A DNA stretch of 64,000 bases from an uncultured delta proteobacterium (GCA_963778655.1 CAVZVA010000010.1:1024001-1088000); one strand, 5' to 3'. Numbered from the stretch's first letter, positions 1 to 9,473 are shown. Program-made: numbers and translations. Notes: a model not told the origin generated them from the letters alone.

Positions 1-688
1 TCTGCTCGGCGACCAGGCCGTCGAAGGGGCTGCGGATCTCGGCCTCGGCCAGCCGGACCCGCGCGAGCTCGAGCGCGGCCTCGCTGCTCTGCACCGCGGC
101 CTGCGCCGTGCGCACGCCCGCGAGCGCCGCGGCCACCCGCCCGCGCGAAGCCTGGCGGCTGGCGCCCAGCGACTCGAGCCCGGCGCGCGCGGCGTCGAGG
201 CGCGCGCGGGCAGAATCGAGCTGTGCCTGGGTGCCGGCGCCGGTCTGCAGCAGGCGCTTGACGCGATCGAAATCCGCAAGCGCGTCGTCGAGGTTGGCTT
301 GCTGCCGGGCCACGTCGGCCTCGGCCGCGCGCACCGTGGGCGCTACGGCCTGCACGTCGTGCTCGGTCTGGTGCAGCATCGCCCGCGCGTGCTCCACGCT
401 GGCCTGGGCCTCGGCCACCAGCGCCACGCGCTCGCGCGCGTCGAGCTTCGCCAGCAGCTGGTCGTGCTGCACGCGCTGTCCCTCGTGCACCAGCACGGCC
501 GCAACCTGCCCGCTGACCGGCGCGGCGACCGCTGCGACCGGCCCGTCGACGAAGCCGGCGTACGCGCTCGGCGCAGCGCGCCCGCACGCGCACAGCAGCG
601 CGGCCGATAGGGCGAACGCGACGCATGCTTGCCCGCGTGCCCGGCTTGCGGCGGTGGGTGGAACCATGGCCGTCTGGCGGCTGAGCAT
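1..688 (-). CDS. HlyD/efflux RND periplasmic adaptor subunit (3' end runs off the window)
   Basis: Manual minus-strand translation from ATG 688 (or 667): ...LLCACGRAAPSAYAGFVDGPVAAVAAPVSGQVAAVLVHEGQRVQHDQLLAKLD, then an Ala-rich coiled coil, then AEIRSPFDGLVAE. This is the lipoyl-like/hairpin layout of membrane fusion proteins. Confidence 0.85.
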   Translation of the reverse strand, partial: MLSRQTAMVPPTAASRARGQACVAFALSAALLCACGRAAPSAYAGFVDGPVAAVAAPVSGQVAAVLVHEGQRVQHDQLLAKLDARERVALVAEAQASVEHARAMLHQTEHDVQAVAPTVRAAEADVARQQANLDDALADFDRVKRLLQTGAGTQAQLDSARARLDAARAGLESLGASRQASRGRVAAALAGVRTAQAAVQSSEAALELARVRLAEAEIRSPFDGLVAEQ

Positions 689-948
689 GCCGGGCCCGGG
701 GCCACCCGCACAACCCGTTCCCGTCACACAATCGGTCCGGAGGGTAGCTACCCACGCCCGCCGCGGCTCGCCGCCACGCCGGCCCACACCCGGCGGCGCT
801 CCCGCGGGCACGTGCGCGCGCCACCCGGTACGCTACAGGGTTCCTGCTGCAGGGGCCCAGCGGCCCGTAACGGATCGCGCCCGCGACCGTCCAACAAGAA
901 GGCACCCGGAAAGCGGCAAGGCCCGCAGCGCTTGCGCCGCTGGCGAGC

Positions 949-1929
949 ATGAAGGCGAGCAACCCCCCACGTGAGCCCGAGATCACCGCCGAGGCGCTCT
1001 ACCTGCGCCGCCGCGAGCTGATCAAGAATGTCGGCCTGGCTGCGGGGACGGCCGCGGTGGTGGGCGGCGGGCTGCTCGCCTTGATCGGCGACGCCTCGCG
1101 CCCGCGGCGCGAGCCCAAGCCCAAGCCGCCTTCGGCGCTGCCGATCGCGAGCCGCTGGCCGCCCGGCGAGCAGCTCGACGAGGCGCGCACCTCGTATCAG
1201 GACGTCACCACCTACAACAATTTCTACGAATTCGGCACCGACAAGTCCGACCCGGCCGCGAACGCCGGCAGCTTGCGAACGCGCCCCTGGACGGTCGCGT
1301 TTGAAGGCGAGCTGAAGCGGCCGCGCGTGATCGACATCGACACCCTGATCAAGTGGTTTCCGCTGCAGGAGCGCGTCTACCGCATGCGCTGCGTGGAGGC
1401 CTGGTCGATGGTGATCCCGTGGGTGGGCTTTCCGCTGGGCGATCTGGTGCGAAGGCTCGAGCCCACCTCGCGGGCCAAGTACGTCGAGCTGACGACGTTA
1501 CTCGATCCACAGCAGCTGCCCGGCGAGCGCGGCTCGCTGCTGGACTGGCCCTACGTCGAGGGCCTGCGCATCGACGAGGCCACCCACCCGCTGGCGCTGC
1601 TCGCGGTGGGTCTCTACGGCCGCACGCTGCCCAACCAGAACGGCGCGCCGCTGCGGTTGGTGGTGCCGTGGAAGTACGGCTTCAAGGGCGTCAAGTCGAT
1701 CGTGAAGATCCGCTTCACGCGGACCCAGCCGCGCACCACCTGGAACCTGGCTGCGCCCTCGGAGTACGGCTTCTACGCCAACGTCAACCCCGAGGTGGAC
1801 CACCCGCGCTGGAGCCAGGCCACCGAGCGACGCATCGGCGAGCTTTCGCGCCGCCGCACTCTGCCGTTCAACGGTTACTACGAGGTCGCGAGCCTGTACG
1901 CGGGGCTCGACCTGCGGAAGAATTTCTGA
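949..1929 (+). CDS. msrP: Protein-methionine-sulfoxide reductase catalytic subunit MsrP (YedY, molybdopterin)
   Basis: Tat-like LRRRELIK signal; motifs [52 protein letters not shown]. Confidence 0.97.
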   Translation: MKASNPPREPEITAEALYLRRRELIKNVGLAAGTAAVVGGGLLALIGDASRPRREPKPKPPSALPIASRWPPGEQLDEARTSYQDVTTYNNFYEFGTDKSDPAANAGSLRTRPWTVAFEGELKRPRVIDIDTLIKWFPLQERVYRMRCVEAWSMVIPWVGFPLGDLVRRLEPTSRAKYVELTTLLDPQQLPGERGSLLDWPYVEGLRIDEATHPLALLAVGLYGRTLPNQNGAPLRLVVPWKYGFKGVKSIVKIRFTRTQPRTTWNLAAPSEYGFYANVNPEVDHPRWSQATERRIGELSRRRTLPFNGYYEVASLYAGLDLRKNF

Positions 1930-1930
1930 C

Positions 1931-2572
1931 GTGAACGCCGAGCGCAGCCTGCCCGCCGCCGCCCCCGCCGCCAAGCAGAAGCTTCCGTGGCTCAAGCCCG
2001 GAGTGCTGATCGGCGCGCTCGTGCCGCTGGCGCTGCTGCTGCTGCGCGCCGCGCGCCACGCGCTCGGCGCCGACCCGGTCGCGCGCGCGCTCAACCAGCT
2101 CGGCCTGCTCGCGCTGATCTTCCTGCTCGCCTCGCTGGCGGCGACCCCGCTCAAGATCGTGTTGGGCGTCACCTGGCCGATCCGCGTGCGGCGGCTGCTC
2201 GGGCTGCTCGCGTTCTTCTACGCGTCGCTGCACTTCTTGCTCTACGCGGTCATCGATCAGGGGCTGGCGTGGGCGGCGATCGTCAAGGATGTGACCGAGC
2301 GCCGCTTCATCACGGTCGGCTTCGCCGCGTTCGTGCTGCTGATTCCGCTCGCCGCCACCTCCACCTCCGGCATGCTCAAGCGCCTGGGCGCGCGGCGCTG
2401 GAAACGTCTGCACCGGCTCGCCTACGTGTCGGCCGCGCTCGCCGCGGTACACTTCATCTGGCGGGTCAAGCGCGATCTGACGCAACCGGGCGCATATGCG
2501 CTCGTGCTCGGCGTGCTGCTCTTGCTGCGCGTGCTGGATCGCAAACGCAAGCCCCGCTGGGCACGCGACTGA
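1931..2572 (+). CDS. msrQ: Heme-binding membrane subunit MsrQ (YedZ)
   Basis: Hydrophobic; RRLLGLLAFFYASLH, LAATS, WKRLHRLAY motifs; starts 2 nt after the msrP stop. Confidence 0.95.
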   Translation: MNAERSLPAAAPAAKQKLPWLKPGVLIGALVPLALLLLRAARHALGADPVARALNQLGLLALIFLLASLAATPLKIVLGVTWPIRVRRLLGLLAFFYASLHFLLYAVIDQGLAWAAIVKDVTERRFITVGFAAFVLLIPLAATSTSGMLKRLGARRWKRLHRLAYVSAALAAVHFIWRVKRDLTQPGAYALVLGVLLLLRVLDRKRKPRWARD

Positions 2573-2657
2573 CAAGGCGGACAGCTGCGCCCCCCGCGAG
2601 ATTGCGGTTTGAGCCGCGCGCAGGATCGTCTACGCTGCCGAGCTGGGAGGGCCTTTC

Positions 2658-3413
2658 ATGAACAAGCCACTTGTCATCGTCCTTTGTTGCGCTGCGCTCG
2701 CGTCGGTCGCCTTCGCGCAGGGCACGCCCGCGGCGAAACCCGCCGCGCCGGCCGCGGCACACCCGGCTGCGAAGCCTGCTGCGAAGCCCGGCGAGCACAT
2801 GGCCAAGCCCGGGGAGCACATGGGTAAGCCCGGCGAGCACATGGAGCACATGGCCAAGCCCGGGGAGCACATGGGTAAGCCCGGCGAGCACATGGAGCAC
2901 GCGGCCAAGCCCGGGGGGAAGCCGGCTGCTGCACCCGGCAAGCCGACGCCGCCGCCCGAGCTCGACGCCGCGATGAAGTTCTTCAATGGGACCTGGAAGT
3001 GCGATACCAAGATGGCCGCGGGCTCGATGGGGCCCGGCTCGCCCGAGCTCACCGGCAAGTCGACCGTGCGTTTCAAGAAGGTCCAGCACGGCTTCTACTA
3101 TCAGGGCGAGTACGCCTTGAGGAAGACCAAGACCACGCCGGGCTTCAAGGGCACGTTTCTGATCAGTTACCAGCCCGGCGCCAAGCTGTTCGTGATGACC
3201 GGGTCCGACGAGACCGGCGGCGCGAGCTACGAGATCTCACCCGGCATGCAGAGCGACACCATCACCTTCCTGGGCGAGGGCTACATGATGGGTCATAAGA
3301 TGAAGATCCGAGAGAGCATGTCGAAGAAGGGCGAGAAGGAAGCTGGCCATAAGATGGAAGTCGACATGGGCAAGGGCTTCCAGGTCATGGGCGAGGACGA
3401 CTGCAAGCGTTGA
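2658..3413 (+). CDS. Exported Met/His-rich protein: KPGEHM repeats plus a C-terminal beta-rich domain (DUF1579-like)
   Basis: Signal peptide ending in AFA-Q; GGGAGG RBS upstream; six EHM units; C-terminal domain begins PPPELDAAMKFFNGTWKC. Confidence 0.8.
   Translation: MNKPLVIVLCCAALASVAFAQGTPAAKPAAPAAAHPAAKPAAKPGEHMAKPGEHMGKPGEHMEHMAKPGEHMGKPGEHMEHAAKPGGKPAAAPGKPTPPPELDAAMKFFNGTWKCDTKMAAGSMGPGSPELTGKSTVRFKKVQHGFYYQGEYALRKTKTTPGFKGTFLISYQPGAKLFVMTGSDETGGASYEISPGMQSDTITFLGEGYMMGHKMKIRESMSKKGEKEAGHKMEVDMGKGFQVMGEDDCKR
2793..2900 (+). repeat. Exact 51-bp tandem duplication built from GAGCACATG-containing subunits (coding repeat)
   Basis: GAGCACATGGCCAAGCCCGGGGAGCACATGGGTAAGCCCGGCGAGCACATG at 2793 and again at 2844. 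Confidence 0.95.
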
Positions 3414-3466
3414 AGCTCAGTCCTCGCGACCGGCGCGTTACGCGCCGCTTCGCTGCGTACAGCCAG

Positions 3467-4252
3467 CTAAAGCTGGAGCTCCAGGCACAGCGGCAGGTGA
3501 TCGGAGGCTTGCTGCGCGTCGTCGTCTTGCAGCGGCGCGCAGGCGCTCGCGCGCCGCGCCAGCGGGGCGCTCGCGAGCGCGTAGTCCAGGCGCTGGCGCG
3601 GCCGGTCCGCGGCGAAGCGTCGCGCCGGCCACGTGGGCTGCGTGTGCGCGGCGTGCAGCGCGGCGTCCAGATCGATCAGGCCCGCGGCCTCGAGCGCGGC
3701 GACCGCGCGCGTGTCGAGCGTGCCGTCCGGCCGCAGGTGGCGCTCGCGATAGCGCTGAGGCCAGCGTTCGGGGTGCGCGCCGGCTGCGTCCCGCGGGCTC
3801 ACCGCGTTCAGGTCTCCGAGCAGCAGCGCGGGCTCGTACGGGCGGACCTGACCCGCGAGGCGCTGCGCCTCGCGCAGCCGCGCCTCTCCCGAGGCCGGGT
3901 TGAGGTGCGCACCGAGTAGCTTGCAGGCTCGCCCGTTCAGGGTGAGGCGCGCGCGCAGCGCGACGTGCGCGAACCCTACGCGCAGGACCTCGGCCTCGTG
4001 CAGCAACGCGTCGCCGCGCCAGAACAGCGCCAGGTGGTAGCCGCTGTCGGCGGTGGCCAGCAGGCCGGACATGCCGAGCGCCCGTTCGAAGCGATGCAGC
4101 TCGCGCTCGTGATCGCGCTCGAACCCGCAGCACTCGCTCAGCAGCAGCAGCTCGGGACGCTCGCGCTGAAGCAGCCCGAGCACGCGCTCGAGCCGGCTGC
4201 CATCCTGCCCGTCGCGCCCGCCGTCCAGGATGTTGTAGCTGATCAGCTTCAT
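3467..4252 (-). CDS. Endonuclease/exonuclease/phosphatase (EEP) family protein
   Basis: Motifs SYNI, LLSE, GAHL, LLGDLN, RLDY, SDHLP. Confidence 0.9.
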   Translation of the reverse strand: MKLISYNILDGGRDGQDGSRLERVLGLLQRERPELLLLSECCGFERDHERELHRFERALGMSGLLATADSGYHLALFWRGDALLHEAEVLRVGFAHVALRARLTLNGRACKLLGAHLNPASGEARLREAQRLAGQVRPYEPALLLGDLNAVSPRDAAGAHPERWPQRYRERHLRPDGTLDTRAVAALEAAGLIDLDAALHAAHTQPTWPARRFAADRPRQRLDYALASAPLARRASACAPLQDDDAQQASDHLPLCLELQL

Positions 4253-4434
4253 GCCGGGCTCCGCCCCTTCGGGGGGAGCGCCCCCGCCAGCGCCTCCTCC
4301 CTCGGGTTACCGTAGCACCAGCGCCGCCGCCAGGGGGACATGAGGGGCCGCCGGAGAGGGCGCGGGTGCTCGCGCTGCGCGCCGGGGCGCGAGCCCACGG
4401 GCGCCCGAGCGCTTGATCGAATCAGGCTTCGGCC

Positions 4435-5145
4435 ATGGGCCTCGCAGCAACGAAAACCTCGGGTATCAGCCGCATGCTCGCCGTGCTGGCCGCAGCGCTG
4501 CTGGGCGCCGCCGTCGTGCGCGCGCAGCGCCAGGTCCAGCCCTGGCAGTACGAAGGCCGCGAGCAGGGCGTGCAGATGTGGACCCGGGAAGGCGGCCGGT
4601 CCAGCCTGGGCGTGGTCAAGGTCGCGACGCGCTTCGCGCTGCCGCCGCAGCCGTTCCTGGCCGTGCTGCGCGACATCGCTTCCTATCCGCGCTGGTACCA
4701 CGACTGCGCGCAGACGCGCGTGCTGCGCGCGCCGCCTGCAACCGCGCCCGTCCGGCTCGACCCCGCGGGTCGCTTCGTGCCGCAGCCGCTCAACGAGACC
4801 TACCTGCTGTTCTTCGTGCAGCGTGCGTCGATGCTCTCCGACCGCTGGGCGATCATCGAGAACAGCGCGCGGGTCCTGCGCAACGGCTCGCTCGAAATCA
4901 GCTTTCGCTCGCGCGACGACTACCCCTACCGCGGCCCGCAAGGCGCGGTGCGCATGGGCGTGTCCGGCCAGTGGCTGCTCAGCCCGACCGACCGCGCGCA
5001 CACGCAGGTGAGCTACATGGTGGACCTCGATCTCAAGGCCAGCGCGCCCGACTTCCTGGTGCGGCCGCGGGTCCACGACGCGGCCGTGCAGACGCTGCTG
5101 GCGCTGGGCGCCCGCGCCGCGCGCGAGCTCGCCGTGGGACGTTGA
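4435..5145 (+). CDS. START/SRPBCC-like lipid-binding protein with signal peptide
   Basis: N-terminal hydrophobic segment; D..SYPRW, DRWAII, GAVRM..SGQW, TQVSY..DL pattern of START domains. Start could be 4474. Confidence 0.7.
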   Translation: MGLAATKTSGISRMLAVLAAALLGAAVVRAQRQVQPWQYEGREQGVQMWTREGGRSSLGVVKVATRFALPPQPFLAVLRDIASYPRWYHDCAQTRVLRAPPATAPVRLDPAGRFVPQPLNETYLLFFVQRASMLSDRWAIIENSARVLRNGSLEISFRSRDDYPYRGPQGAVRMGVSGQWLLSPTDRAHTQVSYMVDLDLKASAPDFLVRPRVHDAAVQTLLALGARAARELAVGR

Positions 5146-5154
5146 GCCCGCCGC

Positions 5155-6348
5155 TCAACGCAGCAGGGCCTGCAGGGGCGGGATCCAGGGCGGGACCCAG
5201 GCCGGGCAGCGCGCGTCGCGGCTGCCGGACAGCGCGATCTCGGCGAAGCCGAGGCCTGGCTCGTTGTCGTAGCGCAGATCGCCGAGCAGCATGCGCGCGC
5301 CGTCGCGCTGAAAGTACGCCGCACGCACGAAGCGCAGCAGCGCGGCGGCTCGGCAGTGCTCGCGCGCGAGCGCGCGCAACTCGCCGACTTCGGCGCGCAG
5401 CTCGCGCGTGAAACGCAGCCCGGGCGCGGGCGCCAGCTGCGAAGGAAGCAGGCGCGCAGTCGAGCCGGCGCGCGGCAGCCGCGCGCAGCGCGCGGGGGCG
5501 ATCAAGGCCGGCAGCAGGCTCAGCTGCGCTAGGTGCGCGTGGTACTCGGCGCCGGACACGCTGACGGCGATCGTGCTCCAGCACAGCGGGTTGCCCGGCT
5601 GCGGCGTGCTCGAGAGCTGCAGCAGGCGCTCGCCGGGGCGCTGCCGCGCGAGCTCCGCGCGCACGCGCCCGCGCGCCAGCACGCCTGCGCAGGCGAACAC
5701 CGCGACCACCAGCGCCGTGGCCCAGAGCGCGGGCGCTGCCTTGCCACGAAAGCGCCATTGCAGCGCGAGCATCGCCAGCAGGGCCGCGCTGTTCGCCAGC
5801 GCGAGCGGCGGCGACAGCGCGCGCCAAAGCAAGAGCAGCAGCGCAGCGCACAGCAGCGAGCCGGCCACACGAGCGCTGCGCGTGCGCGCGTCCAGCGCGC
5901 ACAGCGGCAGCAAGGCTGACAGCAGCAACGGCTCGACGATGAAGACCGCGTCTCCGTAGTACCAGTGGTCGTCGAACGGCACGAAGGGATGAACGCCGTA
6001 GTTGTTCAGGAAGTCGAAGGCGACGTGCAGCAGCCCCGCGAGCCCGCCGAGCGCCGCGGCTGCCAGGCTGTCGCGGCCGCGCGCGCCAGCCGCGCGCGCG
6101 CACAGCAAGCCGATCGCGGCTCCCAGCGGCAGTGCGACGGCTAGCGTGTGCGTGTAGCCGCGGTGGTGCAGCAGATACGCGAGCTTGCGGTCGTGTGCGA
6201 ACAGGCCGGCCACGAAGTCGAGGTCGGGCGCGTTGCTGGCCAGCACCGCGCTCCAGGTCAGCGCCCGCACGCGCGCCGGATCATCGCCCGCGCGCAGCGC
6301 CACCCGCGCCAGCGCGTAGCCGAACACGCTGTGGGTGACGTTGTCCAT
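5155..6348 (-). CDS. Membrane-bound metal-dependent hydrolase (YdjM-like)
   Basis: MDNVTHS start; SNAPDLD, HHRGYTHT, LHVAFDFLNNYGVHPF motifs. Confidence 0.88.
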   Translation of the reverse strand: MDNVTHSVFGYALARVALRAGDDPARVRALTWSAVLASNAPDLDFVAGLFAHDRKLAYLLHHRGYTHTLAVALPLGAAIGLLCARAAGARGRDSLAAAALGGLAGLLHVAFDFLNNYGVHPFVPFDDHWYYGDAVFIVEPLLLSALLPLCALDARTRSARVAGSLLCAALLLLLWRALSPPLALANSAALLAMLALQWRFRGKAAPALWATALVVAVFACAGVLARGRVRAELARQRPGERLLQLSSTPQPGNPLCWSTIAVSVSGAEYHAHLAQLSLLPALIAPARCARLPRAGSTARLLPSQLAPAPGLRFTRELRAEVGELRALAREHCRAAALLRFVRAAYFQRDGARMLLGDLRYDNEPGLGFAEIALSGSRDARCPAWVPPWIPPLQALLR

Positions 6349-6416
6349 GGCGCAGGTGCGGCCGGGCCCGCGCAGCATGCGCGCCCGTGTTGCCCCTCGC
6401 AACCGCTGGTCTGATC

Positions 6417-6533
6417 CCCGGGAGCGTCACGTACCCCGCCGGCAAAGCCGCCGGGGCCCCAGCCTCCGGCGGGGGCACGTTTCGCCCGCGCGTGCTTGCG
6501 CAGGCCTGGCGCGTATTCCCGGCCGCTCCCGGG
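6417..6533. repeat. Intergenic palindromic element with 10-bp terminal inverted repeats
   Basis: CCCGGGAGCG at 6417-6426 and CGCTCCCGGG at 6524-6533; inner hairpin arms CCCCGCCGG/CCGGCGGGG; core 6441-6461 matches 21328-21348 at 20 of 21 nt (reverse complement). Confidence 0.7.
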
Positions 6534-6534
6534 C

Positions 6535-6963
6535 TCATGCGCCGGCGGCTTCGAGCCAGCGCTTCATCTCGGCGTGTCGCGCCATGCCTGCGTGCTGGTA
6601 GGCGGTGCGGCCGTCCTTGACCACGACGAAGTTGGGAATCCCGCGCACGCCATAGCGCGCGGCCAGCTCCGGATAGCGCTCGGTATCGACCTTCAGCACG
6701 AGCGCGCGTCCGGCCACATCCTGCGCCAGCCGCGCGACCTCGGGCGCGGCCATGCGGCAGGGGCCGCACCACGCCGCCCAGAAGTCGACCAGCGCCGGCA
6801 CCCGCGCGTTGTGCAGCACGTCCTGAAACAGCTCGGGGTCGGCGTCGAGCGGCGCCGCGATCGGCTCGAGCCTCGCCTTGCACGCCCCGCAACGCCCCGC
6901 GTCCGCCAAATGCTTGGCGGACACCCGGTTGCTCCTTCCGCACGCCGGACAGCTTCGGATCAT
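6535..6963 (-). CDS. trxC: Thioredoxin 2 with N-terminal zinc finger
   Basis: CPAC and CGAC zinc-binding pairs; DFWAAWCGPC active site; AGGAGG RBS before ATG 6963. Confidence 0.92.
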   Translation of the reverse strand: MIRSCPACGRSNRVSAKHLADAGRCGACKARLEPIAAPLDADPELFQDVLHNARVPALVDFWAAWCGPCRMAAPEVARLAQDVAGRALVLKVDTERYPELAARYGVRGIPNFVVVKDGRTAYQHAGMARHAEMKRWLEAAGA

Positions 6964-7208
6964 GACCCGCGCACCTCCTTGTAGTTGGAGCCGGCCGCGG
7001 CCCAAAGGGTTCACCCGCCGGCATCCGGTCCACCCCCCCGGCCCGGCCAGAACGGGCGGCCCGCCCTTTGCCGGCAGCCGGACTCAGGCTAGAGTGAGAC
7101 GCGTGCGGCGGATGGGCGGAAGCCCCGGATCGGTCCGAAAACCGCAAGGAATCGCGCCGCGCCCGACGCGGGAGCCCTCGGGGCTCCCCCACCTTGGAAC
7201 GTCCCTAC

Positions 7209-7391
7209 GCGAATTCCAAAAAGCAGGGGCGCCGGCCACGGCCGGGGGAGGCAAGAGCAACATGCACAGTACCGACGGTCTCTTACAGGAGGGTCTGGTC
7301 AGCTAGCACTCTGCTCTGACCCTTGGCCCTCTCGCGTGAGAGGCCACCCTTGTTCGTTCGCAGCGGGCCGGCAACGGCCCGCTGTTTTTTT
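7209..7391 (+). ncRNA. Candidate structured small RNA (or short-ORF mRNA) ending in an intrinsic terminator
   Basis: Nested helices 7222-7228/7347-7354, 7240-7247/7321-7328, 7254-7259/7312-7317, 7271-7276/7293-7299; no credible long plus-strand CDS in this intergenic region. Confidence 0.45.
7361..7391 (+). terminator. Rho-independent terminator
   Basis: CAGCGGGCCG-GCAA-CGGCCCGCTG followed by TTTTTTT. Confidence 0.9.
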
Positions 7392-7412
7392 GTGAGGCCG
7401 CGTGCCGCGCGC

Positions 7413-9473
7413 TCAGCGCCACCGCGTCCGAAACAGCCGGGTCCCGGTCAAGGCCATCGCCTGCGTGAAGCGCTCGGGATGGCTTTCGGCCCAGCGGGCC
7501 TCGAGCGGCTCTCCGCGCACCAGCAGGTAATCGATGCGCTGCGCGCGCAGGCGCCGCAGCCACGCCTGGTAGCTAGGCTGATCCCGGATCATGCCGCGCC
7601 GCCGGCAGGCGTTGCGGTCGCCGTCGGCCTCGATGTCGACGTAGCGCACCGTGTGCTGCAGGTCAGGTCCGAACAGTGGGTAGAAGAACCAACCTTCGGT
7701 GAAGTCGATGCCGCCCACCGCGAATGCGATGCGGCTGGGCGGCAGCTCGGCCATCCGCGGCCAGAAGTCCTTGAACGAATCCAGCACCGGGTGCAGATCG
7801 GTGCGCGTGCGGTAGCTCTCGGCGCGGTGCTGCTCGCGCCACGCGATCGACGCTGGCAGCGCGGCGAGCGCCCCGACGCCGCACAGCAGCCCCAGCGCGC
7901 GGAGCTGCCTGGCCTTGCGAGCGGCGGGCGTCGCGGCCGCGCTCGCCAGCGCAAGCAGCGCAGCGCCCGCGCCCAACGCCACCAGCCACGACGGGCTGCC
8001 CCACACCGGTTGCCGCACGATCGGCACGCCTTCGAGATAGCCGATCGCACACGCCAGCAGCACGGCTCCGGCAAGCGCCTGCACGCGCGCTGGCGCGCAG
8101 TCGAGCACGAGCGCGCAGGCCAGGCCGGCCGCGATCAGCGACGGCCCGAGAAAACGCGCATTGGCCGTGACGTAGATGCCGTTCCACGGGCTCACCAGGT
8201 AAGTCCACAACAGCAGCAGCGCGAGCCCGAGCAGCGCCGCCACCGCCACCCGACGCGGCTTCGGGATCGCGAGCAAGCCGAACAGCGGCAGCAGCAGCGC
8301 GATCGGATAGAGCGCCATCGGGCCGAGCGGATAGGGTTGCGGCGGCGGCGCCAGCAAGTACGCGGCCACCGCGGCCAGGGCGTTCTGCGACAGCACCGAG
8401 CTCTCCTGCAGCGTCCAGCGCAGCAGCGTCGAGCCCGCCCAGGGGCCGGCGCTGAAACCGGGCAGCCCCAGCGGATACAGCGGGTTGCCGCAGGCCCACG
8501 CGTTGCGCAGGTACCACGGCGCGGCCAGCAGCGACGCGCCCAGCGCGCCGCGCAGCGACCAGCGCCACGCTGCGCGCGGGTCGCGCCGCGCGCACAGCAA
8601 AGCCACCACCACGCCGCCGGCCGGCAGGCTCAGCGCGGTCGCCTTGACCGCGACCGCCATGCCCAGCCCGATCCACATCGCGAACAGGGCGCGCGGGTCG
8701 CCGCGCAGCGCGCGCAGGCCGCTGCCAAGCGCGCAGGTGAACGCGAACGCGGTCGCGACCTCGACGTAGCTCGGCGTGATGTAGGCGCTGAAGGCGGGGC
8801 ACAGCGCGATCACGGTGCAGCAGCCGTCCTGCACGCGGCGCCCCACGCCCAGCCGCTGCGCGCAGGCGCGCAGCGCGAGCGCGAGGCCGAGCCAGAGCGG
8901 GATGTTGACCAGATTGACCAGATGGTCCGCGTGAAACGGCAGCATGGCCAGGTAGAACAGCGCCTCCCCGGCCTTGGGGAAGGTCTCGTAGGCCTCCCAG
9001 ATGCCGCCCGCCTCGAAGCGCCCCACGCCGCCGTGCTGGATCCAGCTGGCCGCGTACGTCAGGTGATAGGTGAGCGCGTCCCAGCTCAGCGGCGGCAGCG
9101 CAAGCCCGCGTGCCAGCGCCAGCAGCGCGAGCGCGGGCAACGGCCACAGCAAGGGCGAGCGGCGCAGGCACAGCAGCCCCGCACGGGCGCAGGTGGTGAG
9201 CCGCGCCCGGCTGCGCGGGCCGTCGAGCGCGAGCGCGATCGCGCCGGGCAGCACACAGCCCGCCGAGACGCTGCCCAGGCTCGCTGCGCCGCCGACCAGC
9301 AGGATCGACGTCACCGCCATTGCTAGCGCGGTCGCCAGCAAGCCGATTTCGAGGGCCGCCTCGTTGGGGCTGCAGGCCGGGCTCAGGCGCGCGCTGAGCG
9401 AGGCGCCGGCCAGCAGCAGCGAGGCGGCGATCACGCCGAGCAGCGCCGTCCCGAAGAGCACCGCGGCCGTCAT
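7413..9473 (-). CDS. Polytopic membrane protein, GT-C/PMT-like glycosyltransferase
   Basis: Many TM segments; PPLSWDALTYHL, WYLRN...GNPLYP and ARFL motifs typical of this group. Confidence 0.7.
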   Translation of the reverse strand: MTAAVLFGTALLGVIAASLLLAGASLSARLSPACSPNEAALEIGLLATALAMAVTSILLVGGAASLGSVSAGCVLPGAIALALDGPRSRARLTTCARAGLLCLRRSPLLWPLPALALLALARGLALPPLSWDALTYHLTYAASWIQHGGVGRFEAGGIWEAYETFPKAGEALFYLAMLPFHADHLVNLVNIPLWLGLALALRACAQRLGVGRRVQDGCCTVIALCPAFSAYITPSYVEVATAFAFTCALGSGLRALRGDPRALFAMWIGLGMAVAVKATALSLPAGGVVVALLCARRDPRAAWRWSLRGALGASLLAAPWYLRNAWACGNPLYPLGLPGFSAGPWAGSTLLRWTLQESSVLSQNALAAVAAYLLAPPPQPYPLGPMALYPIALLLPLFGLLAIPKPRRVAVAALLGLALLLLWTYLVSPWNGIYVTANARFLGPSLIAAGLACALVLDCAPARVQALAGAVLLACAIGYLEGVPIVRQPVWGSPSWLVALGAGAALLALASAAATPAARKARQLRALGLLCGVGALAALPASIAWREQHRAESYRTRTDLHPVLDSFKDFWPRMAELPPSRIAFAVGGIDFTEGWFFYPLFGPDLQHTVRYVDIEADGDRNACRRRGMIRDQPSYQAWLRRLRAQRIDYLLVRGEPLEARWAESHPERFTQAMALTGTRLFRTRWR

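Noticed and set aside
7195..7210. Sigma54 promoter TGGAACG...GC for the RNA candidate
   Set aside because: GG-to-GC spacing is 11 nt rather than the required 10.
7209..7391. Retron msr-msd region
   Set aside because: No reverse transcriptase in the window, and a terminator follows directly.
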